A stretch of DNA of 59,663 nt from a virus (lineage: Duplodnaviria; Caudoviricetes), in IMG/VR virus record IMGVR_UViG_3300031949_000041, positions 1 to 59,663 of that record; one strand, 5' to 3'. Each line of letters opens with the position of its first letter. The stretch's first letter is position 1. The notes below the pieces were generated by a model, which saw only the letters and a list, made by a program, of their open reading frames with translations, did no database searches and had not been told where the DNA came from. A program made the position numbers and the translations under genes. Positions 29,721 through 39,542 of this stretch are shown here, in pieces.

Positions 29721-30130
29721 CACGCCTCGCTGAAGCAGACGAACAGCCCGAGCGGAGCCTTGAACGTGCCCATGGCGCCGTCGGCGCGCTCGGTGGACAG
29801 GTCGTTCTGCGTCAGCTCCAGCGTGATGGCGGTGCCGTCCGTCGCGATCGTCTTGGCACCGAGATTGGCATCCACGCCAGCCAACGTCTCGACGGCAGCC
29901 GACGATAGCGCCGCATCTCGAATCGTCACGGTCTTGCCGTTACGGCGTGCGTTTTCGATCGCAGTCTTGGCAGCGATCGTCGCGTTGTCCGCAGCGGCAT
30001 ACGTACCGGTGAACTCCGTCACCAAGTAGCAGCCCATGAGGATGACCGTACTCGACGTCACGGCAGGAGCCGGGCCGGCGGGAGTCGTGAAGCCGTGAAC
30101 CTGCGTGTTGGAATTCGTTACCGCGGCCAT
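29720..30130 (-). CDS. Putative head decoration protein
   Basis: AGGAGAG RBS; Ala/Thr-rich; head module. Confidence 0.5.
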   Translation of the reverse strand: MAAVTNSNTQVHGFTTPAGPAPAVTSSTVILMGCYLVTEFTGTYAAADNATIAAKTAIENARRNGKTVTIRDAALSSAAVETLAGVDANLGAKTIATDGTAITLELTQNDLSTERADGAMGTFKAPLGLFVCFSEA

Positions 30131-30165
30131 GGTCGATTCTCTCCTGTTTGGTGTCGGTGAGCCGA

Positions 30166-30318
30166 CTAGCGGCTCTTGGATTTCTTGCGCGATCGGCCTG
30201 CCATGCTATATGCGATGGCCACTGCCTGCGTCGGTCGCTTACCCGCCCGAATTTCGCGGCGGATGTTTTCGTTTATGCCTTTTCGGCTTTGGGCTTTTCG
30301 GCCTTTGGCCAACGGCAT
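30166..30318 (-). CDS. 50-aa basic protein of the MPL.KG...ENI...G....QAVAIA type
   Basis: Own translation: MPLAKGRKAQSRKGINENIRREIRAGKRPTQAVAIAYSMAGRSRKKSKSR; absent from the ORF track. Confidence 0.7.
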   Translation of the reverse strand: MPLAKGRKAQSRKGINENIRREIRAGKRPTQAVAIAYSMAGRSRKKSKSR

Positions 30319-30325
30319 TGTTCTC

Positions 30326-31165
30326 TCACAGTCCGGTCGTCAGCACGACACGGCATCGACAGTTGGGGTGCACTGAACCGGGACGTACTCCGCCCTCGAA
30401 CTCTTGGCCAACCGGAACCGCTTCGCCATGAAGACGACGACAGATACGGCAGGTCCGTTGATCCATTGTCGCATCCCAGACTTCGAACAGCGGAACGGGG
30501 AACGGAAACTCTTCGGCGATTTCTTCGGCTACGAGCCCGGTCGCTAATTCGCGTGCGTTGTCGAAAGCGTCCGATGTCTCGGTGATTGCCGTGCGCTTGA
30601 TCTGATAATCAATGTCGCCGAGCGCTTCGCTGTGCGCGTCTTTGTGGCCGAGCCCAGCACGAATTTTGTCGCGCGCTGCCTTTAACCACGAATAACCAAT
30701 GGCAGTCGCTATCAACCTGGAACGTCGCGCGTCGAGTCGCGCCGTTCGCATCTGCGCTTTGGCGTTACCGCTGATGGCGAGCCGCAAACGGCCGGCGATG
30801 GGCTGCATCTGATGCGCCTGTTCAACTCTGCGCTCCGGCACTTTGCGTCGTAGGAGCAACAACGCCAACAACGCTAACTGTTGGCGCCGTTCTGTTTGTT
30901 GTTCGCGCTTTGCCTGTGCGGCCAATGCCGCCGCAAGCTCCGCCTCGAACCGTCGCTTTGACACTTCCCGTGCGACAGTTCGAGCTGCTTGGACGTCGTC
31001 GTTGACGCCACCCGTTAGCGCTACCGCCGCGCGTTCGGTGTCGAGATTCGCAGTTGTATGTGCCGCTGTAAATCGGAGTTTGACTCGCGTCGCGTTTTCG
31101 ATGCGTGACAGCGAAATTGCGGCTCGTGTACCTTGTCGTTCTACTTCAGGCGTCAGATTCGCCAT
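30326..31165 (-). CDS. MuF/SPP1 gp7-like minor head protein
   Basis: RTAITET, DQRTCRICRRLHG, HPNCRC. Confidence 0.9.
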   Translation of the reverse strand: MANLTPEVERQGTRAAISLSRIENATRVKLRFTAAHTTANLDTERAAVALTGGVNDDVQAARTVAREVSKRRFEAELAAALAAQAKREQQTERRQQLALLALLLLRRKVPERRVEQAHQMQPIAGRLRLAISGNAKAQMRTARLDARRSRLIATAIGYSWLKAARDKIRAGLGHKDAHSEALGDIDYQIKRTAITETSDAFDNARELATGLVAEEIAEEFPFPVPLFEVWDATMDQRTCRICRRLHGEAVPVGQEFEGGVRPGSVHPNCRCRVVLTTGL

Positions 31166-32975
31166 CGTCCGGCTCGTCGCCGTGCGGTAGCTCGTCGCCG
31201 TTCGGCTTATTCAACGCTGCCGCTGCCGCATGGAGTGATGTTTGCTCGTCGGTTGCGCGCCTTTGCGCGACGTCGTGCGCTGCGGTTTTTTCGTCTACGA
31301 TTGCCTTCATCTCAGCATCGAGATCGTTGACGCCGAAATACGTAGCGACATAACGCACAGCGGTCTTCTGGCTGATGATCGGGTCGCGTTCTTCAGGCTT
31401 GCTGGCGAACGCTCGAGCCTGAGCAACCGCAGCCACCGCTTCCTTGACGTCGGTGTTCGTGGCCGGGAAATGGTCGCCCCACAGCAGGCTCATCTGCGGC
31501 TGGAACCATCGGCGCACGACGGGACGGCCGGGAGATTGTTCGTCAACCGCTACGATGCGATCGAACCGAGAAAGCACCTTCGCAGCGCGTCGCGCGTGCG
31601 GCAAATAAACTACGCCACCGGTCTCGATGGTGCGCAGAACAAGCCGAAGCGCAAGACCGAGCAAATCGCGAAAATGTGAACCCCAACACTCGCGCAAATC
31701 ATCGACCAACGCGAGGAGCGGTTGATGAAGGAGTTGGAGCGCCTTGGCTGACGTCTCGGCTTTGCCCGACACGATAGCAGGGTCAACCAACACGACACTA
31801 ATTGCTTCGAGAATACGAGCGCGGAGATCTGCGACGTGTTCGGTCACAGCACGCGAGGCGGAGCCTGTCTGCTCCATGATGCCGATTTTGGCGCTGTCGG
31901 CCTGGTAACTCCACACGACGTCGGGACCAGATGCGCGCACCGCGATTGGTCCTGCGTCGAAGGACATCTGCCCGCCACCTTGCGTCGGTAGCGTCTCGAT
32001 GCGCCGAGTCGGTACGATCTGCGCCGCCGGACCATCGCCCTCGGCAACACCAGTCTCGGTGTACTGCGGCGTGCCGTAATAGAGCGCACCACGATGACGA
32101 ACACTCAACGCGAAATTGAGCCCGTCGATTTCCTTTTCGAGTCCGTCGATGAGCGCGAAACCGTCTTCATCACCGATGTCCATTTGCGGCAGATTCGGCA
32201 TCCACTTCGCCGGCACGAAGCCGAGTTGATGGACGACCGTACGCGCCTCGTTAATACGCCATTCCGGTTCGCTGCCGTCTTTTGCGACGGGAGCCGGCAG
32301 ATAACACACATCTGCTTCGGTCGTGATGTCGCGACGATACCAGTACCAGTTGGTGACGAGTTTGCCGCGATCGTCGGGTTCTTCGACCGGGTATTTGTAC
32401 CGGCAACAAATGCTCGCGAGTCGTTTTGCGTGCGAGTCTGCCCACTGCGCCGTGCAATATTTGGCGTTGAGCGGCTCGAAGCACAACTCACCGTCGCGTA
32501 ACGTCACGACACAAACGGCCGTACGCATCGCGAGCCCGCGCCGCAGCAATTCGCGCATCACGAGCTTGAGCCCGCTTTGCGTGAGGATACCACGATACAG
32601 CTCGTCGAGCGTCTTCGCTTCGTCGAGATTCAGCGCGAGTTGCAGACCTTCGATAACGTCGTCTGCGGCGTCAGGGTCTTGCGTCGGGTCGCGCCCGACG
32701 AAACGTACGTCCGGGAATTTACCTTCGCCGAACGTGAAGCGAGTTGCCTGTTCGCACGCTGCGCGTGGCAGCGGGTAGATAATGCACGGCGCACGCTGCT
32801 GTAATGGAACGCTTTTGTCCCACCACGACGGCATGCCAACATACTGCGTGCCCTTGTAGTAGCGTTCGAGCTTGTCCAGCTCCCAAAAGCGTTTCGATTC
32901 GCCACCGCGCACGATGCCGTCTGCGGTCATCTGCGAGTGCTGTTGGAGACCGCTACCGCGGTAGAGAGCTTCCAC
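31146..32975 (-). CDS. Portal protein
   Basis: 609 aa after TerL; LERYYKG, HQLGFVP, TSAKAL. Confidence 0.85.
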   Translation of the reverse strand: MEALYRGSGLQQHSQMTADGIVRGGESKRFWELDKLERYYKGTQYVGMPSWWDKSVPLQQRAPCIIYPLPRAACEQATRFTFGEGKFPDVRFVGRDPTQDPDAADDVIEGLQLALNLDEAKTLDELYRGILTQSGLKLVMRELLRRGLAMRTAVCVVTLRDGELCFEPLNAKYCTAQWADSHAKRLASICCRYKYPVEEPDDRGKLVTNWYWYRRDITTEADVCYLPAPVAKDGSEPEWRINEARTVVHQLGFVPAKWMPNLPQMDIGDEDGFALIDGLEKEIDGLNFALSVRHRGALYYGTPQYTETGVAEGDGPAAQIVPTRRIETLPTQGGGQMSFDAGPIAVRASGPDVVWSYQADSAKIGIMEQTGSASRAVTEHVADLRARILEAISVVLVDPAIVSGKAETSAKALQLLHQPLLALVDDLRECWGSHFRDLLGLALRLVLRTIETGGVVYLPHARRAAKVLSRFDRIVAVDEQSPGRPVVRRWFQPQMSLLWGDHFPATNTDVKEAVAAVAQARAFASKPEERDPIISQKTAVRYVATYFGVNDLDAEMKAIVDEKTAAHDVAQRRATDEQTSLHAAAAALNKPNGDELPHGDEPDDGESDA

Positions 32976-33004
32976 GGTGCTTTTGGGTCTCCGTCAGTAT
33001 AATA

Positions 33005-34333
33005 TCACATGCGTGCGTCGAGACTCGACTCGCGGCGTGCTGCTGGTGCGCTGCTACTTGCGTGTAGTGCGAGCGCGAGACCCCAAGCCCGATCAGCGTG
33101 ACCATGCTCGGTATCTGGTGCGTCATAGCGAATGTTGCCGGCTTTCGTCACGATACGCCGGATGGCGCAGACGTCGTCGCGCATCAACGAGTCTTGCTTG
33201 CCGATGCGCACCGTACTATCAACGAATGCCGAATAGAGCCCGGTCGCGAGGTCTTCTTTGACCGGAGCTGAGAATGTTACCGCTTCGACGCGGTGTTTCC
33301 CGTATTTGTGCTGGAGTTGCTCCGCCGGGAAAATCCCCAGGCCGCTAGCATCAACGCAAAGCCGGCGCACTCGGAACGTCTGGCTAAATGCGAGCGCAAC
33401 GAGCCGTTCGATGTCTTCGTACGACGTACGCTGTCGCGTTTCGGTGTGTTGCGTCCACCGCACGCCGTCGGTCGCTTTTCGCACGATGACAAGCTCAGTG
33501 CGATTCGAAGTGCGGCCGATGTCTAGACCCGCATAATTTTCTCCCGTCGCGCATCGCAAGTCGTCAACGCTGCACGCGTCGATCGCTGCGGTCGGGATGT
33601 ATTGCTGCTCGTTGTCGAGAAACTGGCAACGGAAAAGCTGGTCGAACAATCGTGAGTCGCCACGTGCGATCGTCCAGCAACGCTCGATGTCCACCGGGTA
33701 GCCATCTGCGATGGCCTTCTCGATGGGGATCTCGTGCCGAGCCCACTTTGGATCTTTGACGCTGTTACGTCGCCAGAGCTGTTCGAATTCGTTGCCCACA
33801 CCGTTGGGAGTCGAGACCGCGCGCAGTTTGCCGACGAGTAGCGTCACTGCCGCTGCAGCGTCCCAGACTTCTTTGGCGTCTGTTTGATAGCCGAATTCGT
33901 CGAGAAAAACGTTGCCGGAGAAGCTACGACCACCAGTCGATGGGAGCGCCAAGATCTTGCCACCCGATGCGAAGCACAGCACGTTGCCGCCCTCGCGCAC
34001 CGGACACGCCATCTCGGAACCGAGCCCAGCCAACACCAACGCATGGCGCCGAGCCTTATCGAGTACCTCGACCGACTCCAATTCGCCAACCGAGATAATC
34101 GTGGTCAGCTCGCCGTGGAACGCGCCCCACAAAACGCCTACTGCCGACGTCGTGTGCGAGATGCCGATTTGTCGGCTCTTATTGCAAACCGCGTAATCGG
34201 AAGGCTCGAGTAACCAATCACGTTGAAACTGGTAAAACGTGCCAAGCCACGCTTCGAGCGCACCACACTCCTTAGCTGGCAATATGCCGGCGTAGACCTC
34301 AAGAGCCGTTGGCTTCGGGCTCGATGTGTCCAT
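33005..34333 (-). CDS. terL: Terminase large subunit, Mu gp28-like
   Basis: KSRQIGIS (Walker A), VFLDEF (Walker B), STPNG, GLDIGR, HADRAW. Confidence 0.95.
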   Translation of the reverse strand: MDTSSPKPTALEVYAGILPAKECGALEAWLGTFYQFQRDWLLEPSDYAVCNKSRQIGISHTTSAVGVLWGAFHGELTTIISVGELESVEVLDKARRHALVLAGLGSEMACPVREGGNVLCFASGGKILALPSTGGRSFSGNVFLDEFGYQTDAKEVWDAAAAVTLLVGKLRAVSTPNGVGNEFEQLWRRNSVKDPKWARHEIPIEKAIADGYPVDIERCWTIARGDSRLFDQLFRCQFLDNEQQYIPTAAIDACSVDDLRCATGENYAGLDIGRTSNRTELVIVRKATDGVRWTQHTETRQRTSYEDIERLVALAFSQTFRVRRLCVDASGLGIFPAEQLQHKYGKHRVEAVTFSAPVKEDLATGLYSAFVDSTVRIGKQDSLMRDDVCAIRRIVTKAGNIRYDAPDTEHGHADRAWGLALALHASSSAPAARRESSLDARM

Positions 34334-34808
34334 TGTCGCCGTGGCCGTTGGCTCCGTTCGAGCCGTTGAGCTTCGGCGCAGCCTGCTCACCAAACGCCTG
34401 CCGCACGAGCCGCGCAGCTTCGGCAGCGGTACTCTGCCCGCCGAATTCATGTGACAATCGCTTCGGTGCGTCCAGGCCGAGCAACCTGGCTCGGGCGTCG
34501 CGTAATTTCACGTACGAGTCAATGGCAGCGAGATCGCCACCTACGACCCGCAACCAAACTGCCTTCGTCGCCCGATCAAGCCGGATCCTGTCGAGCCGGA
34601 TCTCGTCTTCGGCCGTCTCGTTGGCTTCGTCCTTGATACGAGCGAAGACTTTGCGAATGTCGTTGTACGCGGTGGTGAGGCTAGTGCCGGTCTCGCCTGC
34701 AATCTCTCGCAGGCTATGCCCAGCTACCCGCATCTCGAGCACTTTGACGCGGCGTTCTTCGGCCACGATCATCTGTGACGTAGGGGTCAGCTTGGGTGTT
34801 TTTGCCAT
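34299..34808 (-). CDS. terS: Terminase small subunit
   Basis: HTH (GHSLREIAGETGTSLTTAYNDI), RARLLGLDAP; upstream of TerL. Confidence 0.85.
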   Translation of the reverse strand: MAKTPKLTPTSQMIVAEERRVKVLEMRVAGHSLREIAGETGTSLTTAYNDIRKVFARIKDEANETAEDEIRLDRIRLDRATKAVWLRVVGGDLAAIDSYVKLRDARARLLGLDAPKRLSHEFGGQSTAAEAARLVRQAFGEQAAPKLNGSNGANGHGDNGHIEPEANGS

Positions 34809-34962
34809 TTGCCGATTCAGTAACCGTGATTGCCGCTCACGTGGGCGTAGTATCGGCTTCTGCTGGCCCACAACCGCATCGTGGCGTCAAGATACCGTCC
34901 ACCGCGGGCTAGCCTAACTAAAATGATGCGCTTCGCGCGTTGCGCTACGTGTTCGTGACATC

Positions 34963-34992
34963 TTGTTCAGTACCCCAGCCGTGTGTTAACTT
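34963..34992 (+). promoter_or_regulatory. Candidate sigma70-type promoter for the replication operon
   Basis: TTGTTC-18-TAACTT with TGTGT before the -10, as in the twin promoters. Confidence 0.35.
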
Positions 34993-35028
34993 GTCGCAAC
35001 ACCCGTGGGCGCCCAGAGTACTACACTA

Positions 35029-35256
35029 ATGTCCGCTATTCAGGCGGGACCCGACGAAACCGTCCAAACCCCACGCAGGAAAATCACTCTGACGGTCAAC
35101 CTGACGCGGGGTGAACGCCAAGCCTTCGGGCGATGTGCGCAGGCGTGGCGGATGAATATATCCGAAATGGTGCGCCAGCTCGTGTGGCGCGAATTGAAAT
35201 CTTTGGGACTCGAGTTGCCACCAATCGTCGCCGACGCGGAGCCCGAAGAACCGTGA
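35029..35256 (+). CDS. Ribbon-helix-helix regulator
   Basis: TLTVNLT..E........MNISEMVRQLV. Confidence 0.65.
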   Translation: MSAIQAGPDETVQTPRRKITLTVNLTRGERQAFGRCAQAWRMNISEMVRQLVWRELKSLGLELPPIVADAEPEEP

Positions 35257-35269
35257 ACTACCACGACAT

Positions 35270-35389
35270 TGGTAACGCCACCACGGCGTTACGCCGCTAC
35301 CATCGCGTTCGACACGAACCGTAGCGCTATGTAACGTTACACGTAACGCCAACTTGTCGAAGTAACGCCAGTGTGTTACACGTAACGCC
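35270..35389. repeat. GTTAC/GTAAC iteron cluster upstream of the initiator gene
   Basis: GTTACACGTAACG at about 35335-35348 and 35374-35387, plus several GTAACG half-sites. Confidence 0.75.
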
Positions 35390-36349
35390 ATGTCCGGATT
35401 CGTAAAAGTATACGAAACAATCCTGCGGTCGTCGATTTGGTTAGAAGATGACCATACACGACTAGTGTGGCTCACGATGCTTGTCTTGGCTGGTCCAGAC
35501 GGCATCATACGAGCTTCAATAGGGGGGTTGGCGCACCAAGCACGGGTTCCACGAGAGGCGTGCGAACGCGCTATTTCTGTACTTTTATCACCCGACGCCG
35601 ACGACCAAAGCAAAATCGAAGATGGTAGACGCATCGTTGAGGTCGAGGGTGGTTGGTTGCTTGTAAACCATGGGCGTTACCGCGAAATGCGGACTTCAAC
35701 GCAAATGGCTACCGCAGCCCGCGTACAAAAACACCGCGTTACACGTAACGATGTAAGCGTTACACGTAACGATGTAACGTCTTGTAACGTTGTGAAACGC
35801 CTTGTACGCACAGAGGCAGAGGCAGAGGCAGAAGCAAAAACAAAAGCAAAAACAAAAGAAGAAGATCCCGCGCCAGTAGATCCCAACGAATATCGTGAGA
35901 TCATCTGCCCATTGGACTTCACCCCGCACCCCACCGCTGTCGCCGAGTTGGCTGGTTGGGCTAAGGTATCGGAGAATGTCATCTTGGCCGCCCGCGATGA
36001 ATTCCTAACGTATTGGACTATTGGCGCCGGTGCTGGCAAACGTCGGTCGAACTGGCAGTCCAAGTTCAGGGAGCACGTACGCCGGTTACACCGTGCTGGG
36101 CGCCTCGGAGAGGTTATGACGGCCGGCGACAACCCATTCGCCGATGAATTGTGGGTTCGAGCTTTGGCCGGTGAGTTCGGCCCGAAGACCGCCCGCAACT
36201 GCGCAGCAGGTCGCATTGGCAAAGCTAGGCTTGCCGAGTGGTACGAGAGTGAATGGCCGGCGATACGCAACAGACGCCAGGCTGTGCAACCGACCACGAC
36301 GCTTGCGGTAACGTTGGCCGACGTCGTAGCAAAAGCGACCGACCAGTGA
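35390..36349 (+). CDS. Replication initiator (lambda O-like)
   Basis: GFVKVYETILRSSIW wHTH-type N-terminus, internal iterons, EAEAE linker, DEFLTYW...NWQSKFR C-domain. Confidence 0.8.
   Translation: MSGFVKVYETILRSSIWLEDDHTRLVWLTMLVLAGPDGIIRASIGGLAHQARVPREACERAISVLLSPDADDQSKIEDGRRIVEVEGGWLLVNHGRYREMRTSTQMATAARVQKHRVTRNDVSVTRNDVTSCNVVKRLVRTEAEAEAEAKTKAKTKEEDPAPVDPNEYREIICPLDFTPHPTAVAELAGWAKVSENVILAARDEFLTYWTIGAGAGKRRSNWQSKFREHVRRLHRAGRLGEVMTAGDNPFADELWVRALAGEFGPKTARNCAAGRIGKARLAEWYESEWPAIRNRRQAVQPTTTLAVTLADVVAKATDQ
35736..35863. repeat. Putative origin: intragenic iterons plus purine/A-rich tract
   Basis: 21-bp tandem GCGTTACACGTAACGATGTAA x2, TGTAACG half-sites, then CAGAGG x3 and A-tracts. 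Confidence 0.75.
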
Positions 36350-36717
36350 AAGCTCCGATGATGGTGTCCGTGCCGCGCCAGATCTTCGATGTCATCGACG
36401 TCGTAGCTGCTGAATTCGGTATCGACCGTGGCGGCATCATTGGTCAATATCGCAACCGGACTGCAACACAAGCTCGCGGCGAAGCGATGCGACGTGCGAA
36501 AGCGCTAGGTTATTCTTATTCCGAGCTGGGTGCCGCATTCGACCGCGACCCTACAACGGTTGTTGCGGCTTGTACAGGACGACGAAGAAGACACAGGGCA
36601 AAACCGGAGGCAACGAATCATGACGGAAATCGACAAAGCGCGAACGGCACAAAAGAAGATCTATCGCATCAAGACGGCGGCGAAGAAGAAACTCGCGACG
36701 CTGAAGTCGCGCAGTGA
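36346..36717 (+). CDS. DnaA C-terminal-like HTH protein
   Basis: IDVVAAEFGI...R....QARGEAM....YSYSELGAAFDRDPTTV. Confidence 0.75.
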   Translation: MKAPMMVSVPRQIFDVIDVVAAEFGIDRGGIIGQYRNRTATQARGEAMRRAKALGYSYSELGAAFDRDPTTVVAACTGRRRRHRAKPEATNHDGNRQSANGTKEDLSHQDGGEEETRDAEVAQ

Positions 36718-36832
36718 TTTGATCATTATCACAGCGCACACAGAGACGACGAAACTCCTCGCTGAATTGTCGCCCGACGCGCGGCGCCTCGTCGAGGCAT
36801 CGTTGGATGCTCTGAACGAAGATGGGAGTTAA
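36620..36832 (+). CDS. Hypothetical protein
   Basis: GGAGG RBS; helical. Confidence 0.55.
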   Translation: MTEIDKARTAQKKIYRIKTAAKKKLATLKSRSDLIIITAHTETTKLLAELSPDARRLVEASLDALNEDGS

Positions 36833-36835
36833 CTT

Positions 36836-37525
36836 ATGGGCACATTCGATCGGAATGGGTTCGAATACGTCGTGTCGCGCGACAAGACTGACATCGCTGA
36901 CAATCTGATAGCAGAAGCGTCTGATTTGGCTGGTCGCGCCAAGATGTTCCTAATGACGTGGGCCAGATTCCGTACCCATGACGCTCCGATCCACGCAACC
37001 GCTCTGCGCCAAGCACAACACGCAGCACTGCGCGCGCAAGCGCTCATCAGCGCGGCTGATAGATGCCGCGCGTCAGCCTATGACCAAATCGCGCCGTTCG
37101 AAAGCGAATTCGCGCAAGCCGACAGGTTGATGGAACAATTCGACAAAGAAACTCTCGACCTGCACGAACGCGAGACATATGTTGCATTTGCGCTGCGCAG
37201 TGACCGCGGTGGGCGTTGGACGACAGGTCTGCTCGCACAGTTTCATCGAGATCACGACGCAGTCATGCGCAAAAAGATCTGCGACGCATACTTTCTCGAT
37301 GAATTCCAATTCGCCGTGCGCTTCGGCAGCACGCCGCAAGAATTACTTTGCCCCTGCGACGCACCGGTCATCATGAACCAAAGCCACAATAGCAAACTCG
37401 TGTGTGTGGAATGCTCCGTCGCATATGACGATGAATTGCTGACTGTGCATGGCGGGGGATTCGAAAAAGCTGTTCGCGGACGTCGCTACCGATTGACCTT
37501 TGCCAAGACCAACACGGCGACGTGA
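36836..37525 (+). CDS. Hypothetical protein with C-terminal Cys cluster
   Basis: GGAG RBS; CPC...CVEC. Confidence 0.6.
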   Translation: MGTFDRNGFEYVVSRDKTDIADNLIAEASDLAGRAKMFLMTWARFRTHDAPIHATALRQAQHAALRAQALISAADRCRASAYDQIAPFESEFAQADRLMEQFDKETLDLHERETYVAFALRSDRGGRWTTGLLAQFHRDHDAVMRKKICDAYFLDEFQFAVRFGSTPQELLCPCDAPVIMNQSHNSKLVCVECSVAYDDELLTVHGGGFEKAVRGRRYRLTFAKTNTAT

Positions 37526-37686
37526 TGGAACGCGACGACCCGCAGAACCCAAGCGCCGTGGACTTGGCGGGCCGAGCCGTGCTCGAAGCGTACCAGACGG
37601 CGCGCGAACGGCTGGACCCTGATGAGCGCGACGTACTTGCGCAACGGTTACGTGATTACTTCGCAGAAGAAGCAGACGGCGAATGA
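37525..37686 (+). CDS. 53-aa hypothetical protein
   Basis: TGATG coupling; MERDDPQ...EEADGE. Confidence 0.45.
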   Translation: MERDDPQNPSAVDLAGRAVLEAYQTARERLDPDERDVLAQRLRDYFAEEADGE

Positions 37687-37822
37687 CGTGTCAACATTGT
37701 TGCGTCTTGTTCGCGCGTTGGGTGTGTGCAACCGGGTTGCCCGATTGGTATTCGGTGAGCGGAATCATCGAGCGCTGGGACTATGACGGATTTTGCGGAG
37801 CCGACGAATTAGATGACACGCC

Positions 37823-38206
37823 ATGATGATCGACAAACTCACGATGTCACCAGAGCGCATGCGATATTTACGTGCCGTCGTTGAGCTTGCTCCGCCGGGA
37901 TACGCAACAACTATTCGCGAGATCCGCACCCGCACCGGTCGCCAGAATGTGGCGATTTACGAAGCGCTCCAACGCTTGGAACGCGACGGGTTCGTTACGT
38001 GGGAACGCAACAAAGGACGCACAATCCGCCCGACCGAGCAGGGCCGTCGCGCGTTCACGGAATTTATATACCTGCGTGTCGAACCATGCGCGGTTTGTGG
38101 TTGCGCCAAGCTCGATGACATAAAATGCCATGTTTGCGCGTCAACAGCGCACACGATCTGTTGCGACCTCGACGAAGATTGTGTGTGCAAAGCGGCGCAG
38201 TCGTGA
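37823..38206 (+). CDS. LexA-like winged-HTH protein with Cys-rich tail
   Basis: TIREI......IYEALQRLERDGFVTWERNKGRTI. Confidence 0.7.
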   Translation: MMIDKLTMSPERMRYLRAVVELAPPGYATTIREIRTRTGRQNVAIYEALQRLERDGFVTWERNKGRTIRPTEQGRRAFTEFIYLRVEPCAVCGCAKLDDIKCHVCASTAHTICCDLDEDCVCKAAQS

Positions 38207-38264
38207 GAGAGCGAGTGGCGCAAGTCCACAATGACCGCGCGAATTTGTTTTATCGAGGTCCGTT

Positions 38265-38798
38265 GTGATCGCGCTCGGCATCGACCCAGGCTACGCGCAT
38301 GTTGGCGTCGCTGTTGTTGGGCGGGATCCATTAAATGACAATCGCGTGCACGTCTTGTTGGCGATGACGGTCGAAACGAAGCCCGACGTTGACAGCGAAA
38401 TCAGGTGGTGGTCGATTGGTGATGGGCTCGAACGTGCGGCACACGGTCATGACATCAAAGTCTGCGGGATTGAAGACCAACACGGGGTTACAATCGGCAA
38501 GCTCAAAATGGGCTTCACTAGCGCTGATGCCTTGCGATCACTTGAATGCGTCGGCATGGTGCGCGGCGTGATGCACACACGACAGATCCCATGTGAATTG
38601 TTCTCTCCTCAACAAGTCAAAATTGCTGTCTTGGGCAGCGGAGGTGGCCATGCAGACAAAAAAGACGTCGAACGGCGCGTCGAGTTTCTCTTCCCTGGTA
38701 CCCTACCTCAACGGAAAACGCTCCGTTCTCACGCCGCAGACGCCGTCGCAGCAGCGATTGCAGCGCTCAAAAGAGAAGAAACCACCGTTCGAATCTAA
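38265..38798 (+). CDS. ruvC: RuvC-like Holliday junction resolvase
   Basis: LGIDPG, GIE, SPQQVK.AV.G.G.ADK, HAADAVA. Confidence 0.9.
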   Translation: MIALGIDPGYAHVGVAVVGRDPLNDNRVHVLLAMTVETKPDVDSEIRWWSIGDGLERAAHGHDIKVCGIEDQHGVTIGKLKMGFTSADALRSLECVGMVRGVMHTRQIPCELFSPQQVKIAVLGSGGGHADKKDVERRVEFLFPGTLPQRKTLRSHAADAVAAAIAALKREETTVRI

Positions 38799-38963
38799 AG
38801 CACAAACAACAACACAACATGACGAACAATTGCCGATGTGGAGCGTCTCCTGTGATGGACGATCGGTAACAGTTGGTCCAGTCGAGACGATGTTCGAGGC
38901 TCGGCGCGAAGGTGCGCAACAACTCGGCGCAGATCCGATGAGTTGTATCTGCAAGAAATATCA

Positions 38964-39542
38964 ATGAACGGTCGTCTCGAGGGGGATCGTTATTACACGC
39001 CTGCACCTGTGGCGCTAGCGCTGTGTCGCCGCTTGCGCGAGCTTGGGATTTCGCCACAACAAATCATCGAACCACACGCCGGGCTTGGTGCATTCGTAGA
39101 TGCAGCGCGTGCGACGTGGCCTGAGTCATATATTCTGGCTGTTGACATCGACGACAAACTTGAATGCCCCAACTCATCGCGCTCAGTCATGGGCAACTCA
39201 TTGCACATAACTGGAAAATTCGACCTTGTGCTTGGGAATCCGCCTTATCGCGACGCTGAAAAACACGCCACACATGCTCTGCGGTCGTTAATCAAACCAA
39301 ACGGCGCGGTAGCATTTCTTGTACGTCTGAGTTTTTTATCTTCGCGCAAGCGTTCTATGATGCTGGTCGGACATCGTCCGTCGCACGTATTCGTACTCCA
39401 AGAACGCCCGAGTTTTACACAAGATGGCGGCCACGACATGGTAGACTATGCCTTCATCTTGTGGCGCGGCAAACCAGCGGAAGAATGTGTGCTCGATTGG
39501 ATTTCGTGGAGACAAACCACGCAATTGGAGTTGCACCCGTGA
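38964..39542 (+). CDS. Amino (N6A/N4C)-type DNA methyltransferase
   Basis: D.YYTP, IEPHAGLGAF, GNPPY, RPSFT. Confidence 0.85.
   Translation: MNGRLEGDRYYTPAPVALALCRRLRELGISPQQIIEPHAGLGAFVDAARATWPESYILAVDIDDKLECPNSSRSVMGNSLHITGKFDLVLGNPPYRDAEKHATHALRSLIKPNGAVAFLVRLSFLSSRKRSMMLVGHRPSHVFVLQERPSFTQDGGHDMVDYAFILWRGKPAEECVLDWISWRQTTQLELHP

Noticed and set aside
13839-34333. Transposable Mu-like phage
   Set aside because: Tail and TerL are Mu-like, but there is no MuA/MuB and no host DNA at the ends, and replication is initiator-based
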